NCBI GenBank assembly: GCA_017453865.1
Contig: JAFTEC010000003.1
Span: forward strand, 7,906-71,905
Direction: 5' to 3'
Length of the DNA: 64,000 bases
DNA from: Lachnospiraceae bacterium
GTDB taxonomy: Bacteria; Bacillota; Clostridia; Lachnospirales; Lachnospiraceae
In this document: one piece after another, positions 32,938 to 42,704 of the stretch
Layout: each line of letters begins with the position of its first letter
Position numbering within the stretch: the first letter of the stretch is position 1
Program-made: the position numbers and the translations under genes
The notes under the pieces: model-generated
What the model was told of the DNA's origin: nothing
Seen by the model: the letters and a program-made list of their open reading frames with translations, nothing else
Database searches by the model: none

Positions 32938-34341
32938 ATGATCAAAGATAATCAGCAGGTCTTCAACAGGGTCCACGTTTTCCTCGATGCCCTTGTTGTA
33001 GCCGGTTCTTATAATTTAGCGTATTTGATAAAGTTCATGTCTCCCTGGGAGGATCAGTCTGTACTGCATCTGCCCTACTATATGTACATGGAGGCTCTGC
33101 CCTTCCTGATCGTCGGCTACCTCTTCCTGTACTATGAATTCAATCTCTACAATTCAAAGCGTGCCTCCGGCAGGGCGAGGGAGTTTTATAACATCGTAAA
33201 GGCCAATACGGTGGGAATGCTGGTATTCATAGTTGTGCTCTATGTCATACGCCAGACCCACTTTTCGAGGCGGATGATATTCTATTTCTACATTGTCAAT
33301 ATCATCCTCGAAACCCTGTTTCGGAATGCGGTGAGATACTTCCTCCGCTTTATCAGGAAAAAGAGGTTCAACCTGAAATATGTTCTCCTTATCGGCTATT
33401 CAAAGGCCGCCGAGAGCTATATCAATAAGCTCCGCCTGAACCCCCAGTGGGGCTACGTCATAAGGGGGGTGCTGGATGACAGGGTTGAAGCGGGAACGGT
33501 CTACAAGGGGATCAAAGTCCTCGGCACCATAGCAAACCTCGAATACATTCTCCCGGAGAACAAGCTGGATGAGATCGCGATAACCCTGAGCCTTGACCAG
33601 TACGGAAAGCTTGAGGAGATAGTGGCGCAGTGTGAGAAGTCCGGTGTACATACCCAGTTCATACCGGATTATAATGATGTCATTCCGTCAAGACCCTATA
33701 TGGAGGATCTGGACGGCCTTCCGGTCATCAATATAAGGCATGTTCCACTTGCAAATCCTCTTAATATGCTTGCAAAGAGGATAGTGGACATTATCGGCTC
33801 TGCCTTTCTTCTGGTGCTTTTCAGTCCGGTGATGCTGATATCCGCGGTGGTGATAAAGCTTACATCAAAGGGACCGATAATCTTTAAGCAGGAAAGGGTG
33901 GGACTCCATAACCGTTCCTTCCAGATGTACAAATTCCGCACAATGGAGGTGCAGAAGCCAAGCGAGGAGAAAAAGGGGTGGACAAAGCCCGGGGATCCCA
34001 GGGTCACGAAGTTCGGAAGGATACTCCGGAAAACCAGCATGGACGAGCTTCCGCAGCTCTTTAATATATTCAGGGGAGATATGAGCATAGTGGGGCCGAG
34101 GCCGGAACGTCCGCAGTTTGTTGAAAAGTTCAAGGAAGAGATACCCCGTTATATGATAAAGCATCAGGTGAGGCCGGGCCTTACGGGCTGGGCGCAGGTA
34201 AACGGCCTCCGTGGCAATACCTCCATAAGGATGAGGGTGGAATACGATCTTTTCTATATCGAGAACTGGACCATGAGCTTTGATATAAAGATCATGTTTA
34301 TGACACTCTTCACAGGCTTTGTAAATAAGAACGCATACTGA
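32938..34341 (+). CDS. Undecaprenyl-phosphate glucose phosphotransferase (WcaJ/CpsE-like priming enzyme)
   Basis: N-terminal TMs, KRIVDI, YKFRTM, DELPQLFN, GPRPERP, PGLTGWAQ. Confidence 0.94.
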   Translation: MIKDNQQVFNRVHVFLDALVVAGSYNLAYLIKFMSPWEDQSVLHLPYYMYMEALPFLIVGYLFLYYEFNLYNSKRASGRAREFYNIVKANTVGMLVFIVVLYVIRQTHFSRRMIFYFYIVNIILETLFRNAVRYFLRFIRKKRFNLKYVLLIGYSKAAESYINKLRLNPQWGYVIRGVLDDRVEAGTVYKGIKVLGTIANLEYILPENKLDEIAITLSLDQYGKLEEIVAQCEKSGVHTQFIPDYNDVIPSRPYMEDLDGLPVINIRHVPLANPLNMLAKRIVDIIGSAFLLVLFSPVMLISAVVIKLTSKGPIIFKQERVGLHNRSFQMYKFRTMEVQKPSEEKKGWTKPGDPRVTKFGRILRKTSMDELPQLFNIFRGDMSIVGPRPERPQFVEKFKEEIPRYMIKHQVRPGLTGWAQVNGLRGNTSIRMRVEYDLFYIENWTMSFDIKIMFMTLFTGFVNKNAY

Positions 34342-34357
34342 GGGCTTCCCCACGGGT

Positions 34358-34386
34358 TTGAACATATCCTTGTTTTATGCTATATT
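34358..34386 (+). promoter_or_regulatory. Putative sigma-A promoter
   Basis: TTGAAC-17 bp-TATATT with extended TG. Confidence 0.55.
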
Positions 34387-34437
34387 TAACGGGTTGGCTT
34401 ACGGAAGGATTCTTATCTTTCGGAGATTTCAGGATAA

Positions 34438-35154
34438 ATGGATAAAGATACAAAGAAAAAGAAGCCCAGGCGCTTTAATCTGCTTATAGTCCCCGAGGGC
34501 AAGGGGGAGGTTAAGCAGTTTCATATTGCCCTGGATTTTGTGATAATACTTGCGGCGGTCGTGGTTTTTGCTCTTGTCGTTGCGATATCCTACATAGCAA
34601 AAACCTCGGGCGAGATTGAGGATGACAGGAATCAGATACTGGCGCTTACGGCCCAGCTTGAAAATGTCACCAGCAGCAATATCATCCTGCAGGCTGAGAA
34701 TGAGGAGCTCTCAAATGAGCTTGTGACAGCAAAGGCCTATCTGGATGCAAAGGACTATGTGGAGCAGCAGACGGATACGGCCAGCTCCTTAAGCTACATC
34801 CCCACGGGTCTTCCGATAACCGGGCAGATAAGCCAGCCCTCAAGCTTTGATTCGTCAAAGGGATATGTGACCTTTACGGTGGGTGACGGCACGAAGATCG
34901 CTGCCGCGGGAGACGGCACCGTGAGTAAGGTCGTTAGTGATACGGAATTCGGCTACAGGGTTGAGATAGACCATGGCAACGAGTATCTCTCGATATACAG
35001 ATACAAGGAGGAGCCTCTGCTTTCGGAGGGTACGCAGGTCTTAAGGGGTACCGCCATTTTCTCCTGCACCTCCATAGAGCCGTCCTTCACATACGAGATA
35101 CAGTACCAGGGAAAATCCATCGACCCGAATACGCTTATGAAAATTGACGGCTGA
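34438..35154 (+). CDS. TM/coiled-coil protein with degenerate M23 (LytM) domain
   Basis: AAGDGTV, GYRVEIDHGN, SIDP; zinc-ligand histidine motifs absent. Confidence 0.75.
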   Translation: MDKDTKKKKPRRFNLLIVPEGKGEVKQFHIALDFVIILAAVVVFALVVAISYIAKTSGEIEDDRNQILALTAQLENVTSSNIILQAENEELSNELVTAKAYLDAKDYVEQQTDTASSLSYIPTGLPITGQISQPSSFDSSKGYVTFTVGDGTKIAAAGDGTVSKVVSDTEFGYRVEIDHGNEYLSIYRYKEEPLLSEGTQVLRGTAIFSCTSIEPSFTYEIQYQGKSIDPNTLMKIDG

Positions 35155-35250
35155 ATTTCTTCTGTCGGAATATGCCGTCAGTACACTAGGCTGCGGATCA
35201 ATATCTGAGGCCGAAATAACAGATACTAATGGTAAAGAAAGGAACGTAAA

Positions 35251-36627
35251 ATGGATCAGAAGAATACCTGGCTCTCTTATACGGCAGCACAGAAAAGGGA
35301 GCTTGAAAAAATCTCGAAGGGATATATGGATTTCCTGAATAACGGGAAAACGGAGCGTGAGTGTGCCGATATTGCGGTCAATGCCGCAGAGGAGGCAGGC
35401 TACAAAAATCTCCATGAGCTTATTAAGAAAAAGACAAGGATAAAGCCCGGCGACAGGGTATATGCCGTGTGTATGGGAAAGACGGTGGCGCTTTTCAATA
35501 TCGGAAAGGATCCGATAGAAGAGGGCTTAAGTATCCTGGGCGCCCATATCGATTCACCGAGGCTGGATGTGAAGCAGAACCCTCTTTATGAGGATTCCGA
35601 GCTTGCCTACCTTGATACCCATTATTACGGAGGGATCAAAAAGTACCAGTGGGTGACGCTTCCCTTAGCGATCCACGGGGTTATCGTCCATACCGACGGC
35701 ACCACTACCGAGATCAATATCGGAGAGGATGAGGATGATCCTGTTTTCTGCGTGACCGATCTTCTTATCCATCTTGCGTCCGAGCAGATGGACAAAAAGG
35801 CTTCAAAGGCTGTTGAGGGAGAGAACCTTGATATTCTTATCGGCAGTATTCCTCTGAAGGGAAAGGAAAAGGAGGCTGTAAAGGAGAATATACTGGCACT
35901 CCTTAAGGATAAATACGGAGTGGAGGAACGGGATTTTGAGTCCGCCGAGCTTGAGATCGTACCTGCGGGAAAGGCAAGAGAGCTGGGACTCGACCGTTCA
36001 ATGATCCTTTCCTACGGGCAGGATGACAGGGTATGCGCCTATTCCTCACTTAAGGCCTTCCTTGACGTTAAGAGCGTAAAAAGGACTGCAGTGTGTCTCC
36101 TGGTGGATAAGGAAGAGATAGGATCCGTCGGGGCTACGGGCATGCGCTCCCTCTTCTTTGAAAATACGCTTGCGGAGGTGCTGGATCTGATGGGAGAAGG
36201 AAGCGGCCTTGCCTTAAGGCGGACACTTGCCAATTCCAGAATGCTCTCGTCCGATGTCAGCGCGGCCTTTGATCCGCTGTATGCTTCCCAGTTCGACAAG
36301 AAGAACGCCGCATACTTCGGAAAGGGAATAGTCTTTAATAAGTTTACCGGTGCAAGGGGAAAGAGCGGCTCCAATGATGCAAATGCCGAGTACTTCGGCT
36401 TTGTAAGGAAGGTGATGGAGGAGAACAAGATCGCCTACCAGACAGCGGAGCTTGGAAAGGTTGATGCGGGAGGCGGCGGAACCATTGCCTATATCATGTC
36501 GTTATACGGAATGGATGTTGTTGACTGCGGAATGGCGGTATTATCCATGCATGCACCCTGGGAGGTTACCAGCAAGTCCGATCTTTACGAGGGATACAAG
36601 GCATACAAGGCCTTTATCACTGCCTGA
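35251..36627 (+). CDS. M18 family aminopeptidase
   Basis: GAHIDSPRLD, YYGGIKKYQW, GQDDR, DKEEIGS, GGGGTI, SMHAP. Confidence 0.93.
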   Translation: MDQKNTWLSYTAAQKRELEKISKGYMDFLNNGKTERECADIAVNAAEEAGYKNLHELIKKKTRIKPGDRVYAVCMGKTVALFNIGKDPIEEGLSILGAHIDSPRLDVKQNPLYEDSELAYLDTHYYGGIKKYQWVTLPLAIHGVIVHTDGTTTEINIGEDEDDPVFCVTDLLIHLASEQMDKKASKAVEGENLDILIGSIPLKGKEKEAVKENILALLKDKYGVEERDFESAELEIVPAGKARELGLDRSMILSYGQDDRVCAYSSLKAFLDVKSVKRTAVCLLVDKEEIGSVGATGMRSLFFENTLAEVLDLMGEGSGLALRRTLANSRMLSSDVSAAFDPLYASQFDKKNAAYFGKGIVFNKFTGARGKSGSNDANAEYFGFVRKVMEENKIAYQTAELGKVDAGGGGTIAYIMSLYGMDVVDCGMAVLSMHAPWEVTSKSDLYEGYKAYKAFITA

Positions 36628-36653
36628 TATAACGTGGAGCCGGAGGGGAAACA

Positions 36654-36935
36654 TTGAACAAGAAATTACACACGGAAGCGGTGGATACGCTCTTTGATGC
36701 GATATTATGTCTGGAAACGAAGGAAGAATGCTACACCTTTTTCGAGGACCTTGCCACGGTTAACGAGATACTGTCCCTAAGCCAGCGCTTTGAAGTCGCG
36801 CGGATGCTGAAGGAAAAGAAGACCTATCAGGAAATAGCAAAAAAGACCGGCGCTTCCACAGCCACCATAAGCCGTGTAAACCGGTCACTGAATTACGGAA
36901 ATGACGGTTACGATCTGGTATTAAAGAGGATGTAG
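36654..36935 (+). CDS. TrpR-related YerC/YecD family protein
   Basis: FFEDL, SQRFEVA, TGASTATISRVNRSL. Confidence 0.92.
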   Translation: MNKKLHTEAVDTLFDAILCLETKEECYTFFEDLATVNEILSLSQRFEVARMLKEKKTYQEIAKKTGASTATISRVNRSLNYGNDGYDLVLKRM

Positions 36936-37526
36936 GAGGTCAATAAGCTTCTCTATCATCAGTCTCTTGACATAAACATCAAAGGAGAGGGAGCAGATAA
37001 AGGAAAAGATCTGGATAAAGCGCCTTTCTTCATCGGTTGCCCCCTTAGCCCTGGCTTCTTCGGAGATATCGGTGCTTTCTGCGAACTTCTGCCTTACAAA
37101 TTCCTGTATGGACTCCACCTGGCTTAAGGAGCTGTCGGTCACATACGAGTATACATCCTCCAGCTTCATGCCGCTTTTTGAGTGAAAATAGTTCTCCGAA
37201 AGAGGCGCCATGAGCTTCTCGATATCGTTTATGGAAAGAATGTACTTGAAGTAGTAGATAAAGATCAGCAGGATAAGGTGATCCTTGTCGTACTTCTTTT
37301 TGTCGGGAGGCGGCAGGAGCTTGTTTTTTGCGTAATTATTGATCATGGTCTTGGTCAGGACTTTATCGGTGGAGTGACGCTTGGCGTGCTCCATGTTTTT
37401 TTCCATAAAGGTCGTAACCTGATCCATGTACAGACTGATGTCCGGCAGGTCGGAAACGTTTACCGGTTCTATCCTGCCAAGGCTCTCTATCATGCTCTGC
37501 ATAAGGTCTTCGGGATCAAAAGTCAT
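36921..37526 (-). CDS. DUF1836-like putative transcriptional regulator
   Basis: LPDISLYMDQV, LTKTMINNYAK, KKY; start set at MTFDPED (ATG 37526); 3' end overlaps the YerC-like gene by 15 bp. Confidence 0.85.
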   Translation of the reverse strand: MTFDPEDLMQSMIESLGRIEPVNVSDLPDISLYMDQVTTFMEKNMEHAKRHSTDKVLTKTMINNYAKNKLLPPPDKKKYDKDHLILLIFIYYFKYILSINDIEKLMAPLSENYFHSKSGMKLEDVYSYVTDSSLSQVESIQEFVRQKFAESTDISEEARAKGATDEERRFIQIFSFICSLSFDVYVKRLMIEKLIDLLHPL

Positions 37527-37646
37527 TAGCTGCCTCGTAGTATCATTACAGTGGTTCAGTACCTTGGGCGACCAGATAATTATATATATTTCAACACATA
37601 GTTTCAAGAACCGTGAGTAAGATTATTGGGTAAAGAGGAAATAAAC

Positions 37647-39908
37647 ATGGACATAGACAGGGAACTGAATCCGGAGCAGGCAAAGGCGGTACGTCAGACC
37701 GAAGGACCCGTATTGATACTGGCGGGAGCCGGCAGCGGAAAAACAAAGACCATAGTATACAGGATGGCCTATCTCCTTACGGAAAAGGGGGTCCCGCCCC
37801 GGAATATCCTGGCGGTCACCTTTACAAATAAGGCGGCAAACGAGATGAAGGAGCGGATAAGGGAAATGGCAGGGGAAAAAGCGGGACAGATGCTTGTCAG
37901 TACCTTCCATTCCGCCTGTGTCCGTATCCTTTATGCCAACGCAGTTAAGCTCGGATATCCGGAGAAATTCGAGATTGCCGATACCACGGATCAGAAGAGC
38001 ATTATAAAAGACGTATACAAAAAGCTGCAGATAGATCCGAAGAAGCATCCGGAGAAAATGACACTTAATGTCATTTCCGGGGCAAAGGATGAGCTGCTGT
38101 CTCCGGATGAATTCGAGAGGGTAAATTACGGCGATCCCTATATGGAGAGGATTGCCGCGATCTACCGTGAATATCAGAAGACCCTCGTTTCAAACGGAAT
38201 GATGGATTTTGATGATCTTATCATGAATACGGTCAGGCTTTTCAGGGAATTTCCCGAGGTGCTGGATCACTATCAGGAGAGGTTCAGATATATCTCGGTG
38301 GATGAGTATCAGGATACAAATACCTCCCAGTTTGAGCTGGTGCGGCTCCTTTCCGAAAAATATAAGAATATCTGTGTGGTAGGTGACGATGACCAGTCCA
38401 TCTACCGCTTCCGCGGTGCCAATATCTACAATATCCTTGACTTCGAGAAGCATTTTCCCGGATGCTTTGTGGTGAAGCTCGAGGAAAACTACCGCTCAAC
38501 GGAAAACATCCTGAACGCTGCCAATGCCGTGATAAAGAATAACAGCGAAAGGAAATATAAATCCCTCTGGACAGCAGGGGAGAAGGGTGACAGGATACGC
38601 TTCCGCCAGTTAAACGATCCCGCCGGGGAGGCATCCTTCATTGCCGACGAGATAAGGGCGAAAAAGGAAAGTGGGATCCGATCCTACGGGGACTTTGCAA
38701 TACTTACCCGCACGAATATCCAGAGTAAGGAGCTGGAGGATGCGCTGAGGGTCAGGAGTATAGACTATGACGTGGTAAAGGGTTTAAGGTTCTGGGATAC
38801 AAAGGTCATAAAGGACCTGACAAGCTATCTTTTAACCGTTGACAATGCCCTGAACGATATAAGGGTAATAAGGATAATAAACCTGCCGAAGCGCGGTATC
38901 GGGGATGCCAGCATCAATAAGGTATCCGTCTTTGCGGCTGCAAACGGCATGACATTCTTTGATGCCCTTTTACGTATCGAATATGTGGGCGGAGTGCCCG
39001 CAAAGGCAAAGGCTGCGATCAGGGATTTTTATGAAATGATCTTAAATATCCGCGCGGCCTCGAAGAATATGACATACAGTGAGACTCTTAACCGGATCCT
39101 TGAGGAAACCGGCTATATGGAGTACCTGCTTATGGAGGCGGAAACTCCGGAAAGGTATAAGGAGCAGAAGGAATATATAGAGAAGCTCCGGGAAACCCTT
39201 GACGCCTATGAAAATGAGACGCCGGAGCCTGACCTCACGGACTTTATGAGACAGAACGGACTTGAGGGAAATAATCTGGATAAGGAAGGCGGAGACAGTA
39301 AGGACAAGGTTCTTATTATGACCATGCATAATGCGAAGGGGCTTGAATTTCCCGAGGTCTATATGGCGGGAATGGAGGAGGGGCTTTTTCCCGGATATGC
39401 GTCCATTAACAGTGAGGACCCTCTGGCGATAGAGGAGGAGAGACGTCTCTGCTATGTGGGGATCACCAGAGCCAGGGAAAACCTTACCCTGACATCGGCG
39501 AGGAGCCGTATGGTAAAGGGTGAGTGGAGGTATGCTTCGGCATCCAGATTTATTAAGGAGATACCGAAGGAGCTCCTTAATATGAGTACCACGCCGGAGG
39601 CTACCGAAAGGAAGGAAAAGATCTTTCCCATAAATAAGGAGGAGGCGGAGAGAGCCTTTGACAGAACGCCGCCTGCTTTTTCTCCGGGCTTTAAAAAGCG
39701 TTCCATTGTGGCCATAAAAAAGGGCTCGGAGATGGAGAAGGTCCTCCCTGCCTATAAGGAGGGGGACCGGGTAATGCATTTCAAGCAGGGTGAAGGCACC
39801 GTGCTTTCCATACGTGACGGCGGACGGGACTATGAGGTCACGGTCAATTTTGACAAAAGCGGTGTAAGGAAGATGTTTGCGGGCTTTGCAAAGCTTAAAA
39901 AGCTGTGA
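37647..39908 (+). CDS. pcrA: ATP-dependent DNA helicase PcrA/UvrD
   Basis: LAGAGSGKT, TFTNKAA, DEYQDTN, GDDDQSIYRFRGA, TMHNAKGLEF, EERRLCYVGITRA; start ATG 37647 after GAGG. Confidence 0.93.
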   Translation: MDIDRELNPEQAKAVRQTEGPVLILAGAGSGKTKTIVYRMAYLLTEKGVPPRNILAVTFTNKAANEMKERIREMAGEKAGQMLVSTFHSACVRILYANAVKLGYPEKFEIADTTDQKSIIKDVYKKLQIDPKKHPEKMTLNVISGAKDELLSPDEFERVNYGDPYMERIAAIYREYQKTLVSNGMMDFDDLIMNTVRLFREFPEVLDHYQERFRYISVDEYQDTNTSQFELVRLLSEKYKNICVVGDDDQSIYRFRGANIYNILDFEKHFPGCFVVKLEENYRSTENILNAANAVIKNNSERKYKSLWTAGEKGDRIRFRQLNDPAGEASFIADEIRAKKESGIRSYGDFAILTRTNIQSKELEDALRVRSIDYDVVKGLRFWDTKVIKDLTSYLLTVDNALNDIRVIRIINLPKRGIGDASINKVSVFAAANGMTFFDALLRIEYVGGVPAKAKAAIRDFYEMILNIRAASKNMTYSETLNRILEETGYMEYLLMEAETPERYKEQKEYIEKLRETLDAYENETPEPDLTDFMRQNGLEGNNLDKEGGDSKDKVLIMTMHNAKGLEFPEVYMAGMEEGLFPGYASINSEDPLAIEEERRLCYVGITRARENLTLTSARSRMVKGEWRYASASRFIKEIPKELLNMSTTPEATERKEKIFPINKEEAERAFDRTPPAFSPGFKKRSIVAIKKGSEMEKVLPAYKEGDRVMHFKQGEGTVLSIRDGGRDYEVTVNFDKSGVRKMFAGFAKLKKL

Positions 39909-39922
39909 GCCCTTTAGCGGCT

Positions 39923-41749
39923 TTATTCCACGGTCACGACCTTAGCAAGATTACGGGGCTTATCCACATCAAAGCCCTTGTCGCTTGAAACATAGTAGGC
40001 AAGGAGCTGCAATGCAACGGAAGCCGGAAATACCATGAGCTCGTCCGGAAGATTGGGGAGCACAAAGGTATCGAATTCCCTTGTGGATGACTGGATAAGA
40101 TCCGCCTTTATAAAGAGAGCCACATCGGCGCCTCTGGATCTTACCTCACGGATATTTGAAAGCTCCTTACTCATGATCCTTTCCTGTGTCACGAGGGCGA
40201 CTACGGGGGTATTGTCCGTGATCAGCGCAATGGGGCCATGCTTTAATTCACCGGAGGCATAGGCTTCCGAGTGGATATAGGAAACCTCCTTCAGTTTAAG
40301 TGATCCCTCCATCAGAATGGAATAATCGAGACCCCTTCCTATCATAAAGAGATCCTTTGCGTCCAGCACTCCCCTTGCGATGACATGAACCGCATTTTTC
40401 TCATCAAGTACGTTATTTAAGACCTCCGGAACCCGCTTCAGATTCCTTATGCACTCTCTGACCTCGTCATCCGAAAGGACCCCGCGGATATTTGCCATCT
40501 TGTAGACAATAAGGTAAAACAGGGCAAGCTGGGTGGTATAGGCCTTGGTGCTCGCCACGGCGATCTCCGGGCCCGCGTTGGTATAGAGGACGTAGTCACT
40601 TTCCCTCGCTATGGAAGAGCCCTTGACATTTATGATGGCGAGACTTTTTGCACCCTTCCGCCTCGCATACTTCAGGGCTTCCAGGGTATCTATGGTCTCT
40701 CCGGACTGTGAGACCGCGATAACAAGGGTCTTTTCATCGATCACGGGATCGGAGTACATAAATTCGCTTGCAAGCTCCACGTCAATATGCATATTTAACC
40801 GGCTCTTTACAAGAGCCTGAAACACAAGCCCCGCGTGCATAGCGGTTCCGCAGGCCACTACACAGATCCTTTCACACTCCGTAAAAATGGAGTCCGGGAT
40901 ATTGTCGGCTTCAAAATTCGGAATACCGGCCCTGGTCCTTCCGGCAATGGTATCCCTGATAGCCTTCGGCTGCTCCATTATCTCCTTCTCCATATAGAAG
41001 GGATAGCCGTTCTTCTCGGCGCTGTTCTTTTCCCAGTCCATCGTGAGATACTTCGGAGCCACCTCTCTATCGTTAAGATCCCACAGGGTTACCTTGTCCT
41101 TCCTAAGCTCCAGAATGGTGTATTCTGGTACAACGAAATACTGGTCGGTAAAGCGGCAGAGAGCGGTATTGTCGGATGCCAGCATGGCACCCTCCTCGGA
41201 AAGTGTGGCAACTATGGGGCTGACATTCCTTATGGAATAGATCACATCCGGAATATCCGAAAACATGATCACCAGGGCAAAGGTGCCCTTCAGTCTCTTA
41301 ACAGCGCTTTTTACAGCCTTCTTTGCATCATGGCTCTTTTCATAAAAATGGTCAATCACCGCTGCCGCAACCTCGGTGTCGGTTTCGGAAGCGAGTCTTG
41401 ATGAAAGATCAAATTCATCGATCAGATCCTTATAATTTTCAATGATCCCATTATGTACCAGAGTAACCTTTCCCGCCCTGTGGGGGTGTGCATTGGTATC
41501 ACAGACACCGCCGTGGGTCGCCCATCTGGTGTGGCCTATGCCGCAGGTGGAGTCGATATCCATAAATTCGCACTTTTTCTCAAGGTCACGTACCCGTCCC
41601 GCGCATTTATAGACGTCGGTCCTGTTCTTTTCTTCATTGCAGACCGCCATCCCGGCACTGTCGTAGCCCCGGTATTCCAGGGTTGTGAGGGCATCTATTA
41701 TTATAGGTTTAACCTGTTTATTTCCGGTATAGCCGATTATTCCGCACAT
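39923..41749 (-). CDS. glmS: Glutamine--fructose-6-phosphate transaminase
   Basis: MCGIIG, LEYRGYDSAG, GHTRWATHG, SQSGET, PRNLAK. The + strand reads TTATTCCAC at 39923 (reverse complement of V-E-stop) and CAT at 41747-41749, so the gene is on minus despite the track label. Confidence 0.97.
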   Translation of the reverse strand: MCGIIGYTGNKQVKPIIIDALTTLEYRGYDSAGMAVCNEEKNRTDVYKCAGRVRDLEKKCEFMDIDSTCGIGHTRWATHGGVCDTNAHPHRAGKVTLVHNGIIENYKDLIDEFDLSSRLASETDTEVAAAVIDHFYEKSHDAKKAVKSAVKRLKGTFALVIMFSDIPDVIYSIRNVSPIVATLSEEGAMLASDNTALCRFTDQYFVVPEYTILELRKDKVTLWDLNDREVAPKYLTMDWEKNSAEKNGYPFYMEKEIMEQPKAIRDTIAGRTRAGIPNFEADNIPDSIFTECERICVVACGTAMHAGLVFQALVKSRLNMHIDVELASEFMYSDPVIDEKTLVIAVSQSGETIDTLEALKYARRKGAKSLAIINVKGSSIARESDYVLYTNAGPEIAVASTKAYTTQLALFYLIVYKMANIRGVLSDDEVRECIRNLKRVPEVLNNVLDEKNAVHVIARGVLDAKDLFMIGRGLDYSILMEGSLKLKEVSYIHSEAYASGELKHGPIALITDNTPVVALVTQERIMSKELSNIREVRSRGADVALFIKADLIQSSTREFDTFVLPNLPDELMVFPASVALQLLAYYVSSDKGFDVDKPRNLAKVVTVE

Positions 41750-41804
41750 ATGGTCTCCTTATGCTTGTGTGGTAAGAATTACTTTTGGCGCTTTAATCAT
41801 TGTA

Positions 41805-42698
41805 TCATACAGACTTATTTTTAGAAAACAGCGGCACTGCATATTTCCCTAGGAGAAAGCCCGAGTATCTTGCTCCGCAGTGAAGGATAAAAACCGGGAT
41901 AAGCCATGGCTTTCTTTTCTTTATTAAATTCAAGATGCAGCCTCTGACAAGCTTTTTCCCCTCTCCCTCACTCTTCAGAGCCTTAAAGACTTCGGGATGC
42001 AGGCCCTGTGATGCTCCGAGGCTGATATTTCTCTTAAACTGCTGGAGCACAGTGTATTCATGGGAATGGATAACCTTTGCCTTAGAGGCATAATATATTC
42101 CGTAGCCCTTCTTAATTGCCCCGTAGCCGAAGATCATGTCCTCATTAAAATCTGTCCTCACAAAGCCGCCAAGCTCATTGAACAGAGAAGAGCGGTAGCA
42201 GGCACAGACATCGGAGCAGAAGATCGTCTTTATCCCAAGCTCCTTAAAATCCCTGTCAGTCTTCAGCCGGTCCCCGTCAGGGTAATTAAAGCTCCGGTTA
42301 TAGCGTTCTATTTCCCCGGCGGTCTTTGCCGGGAGCTGCCGTGCGTATGACACCGCAACAACCGGATCCTCCATTGGTTTAATCAGTTCCGATATGAGTT
42401 CGCTGTCACAGGGAACGGCATCCTGGGTCATAAAGATGATAAATTCCGCTTCCGACAGGACGGCACCCAGATTCCTGCTTTCCCCGTGGTTAAATTCCTT
42501 CCCGCTTATATTATGGATCTCAACACCGGAAAGCTTTTTCAGCTTATCGGAATAAGGGAAATACCTTTCCTCCGTATTTATGATGATTATCCTTCCGGGC
42601 TTCAGGCTTTGTTTTTTCAGCATTTGAATAAGCCGGAGGAACCTGTCATCCGGCTTAAAGCTAAGTATCACAACATCTACACTTGTGCCTTTTTCCAT
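41805..42698 (-). CDS. GT2 rhamnosyltransferase-like glycosyltransferase
   Basis: FNHGESRN, MTQDAVP, SYARQLP, NEDM, HSH. Confidence 0.88.
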   Translation of the reverse strand: MEKGTSVDVVILSFKPDDRFLRLIQMLKKQSLKPGRIIIINTEERYFPYSDKLKKLSGVEIHNISGKEFNHGESRNLGAVLSEAEFIIFMTQDAVPCDSELISELIKPMEDPVVAVSYARQLPAKTAGEIERYNRSFNYPDGDRLKTDRDFKELGIKTIFCSDVCACYRSSLFNELGGFVRTDFNEDMIFGYGAIKKGYGIYYASKAKVIHSHEYTVLQQFKRNISLGASQGLHPEVFKALKSEGEGKKLVRGCILNLIKKRKPWLIPVFILHCGARYSGFLLGKYAVPLFSKNKSV

Positions 42699-42704
42699 AT
42701 GATC

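Noticed and set aside
39923-41749. ORF track lists glmS on the + strand
   Set aside because: The protein is read from the reverse complement (stop at 39923-39925, ATG at 41749); reported on minus.
41750-41804. glmS ribozyme upstream of glmS
   Set aside because: The intergenic gap is only 55 bp with no recognisable ribozyme core; glmS appears co-transcribed with upstream genes.
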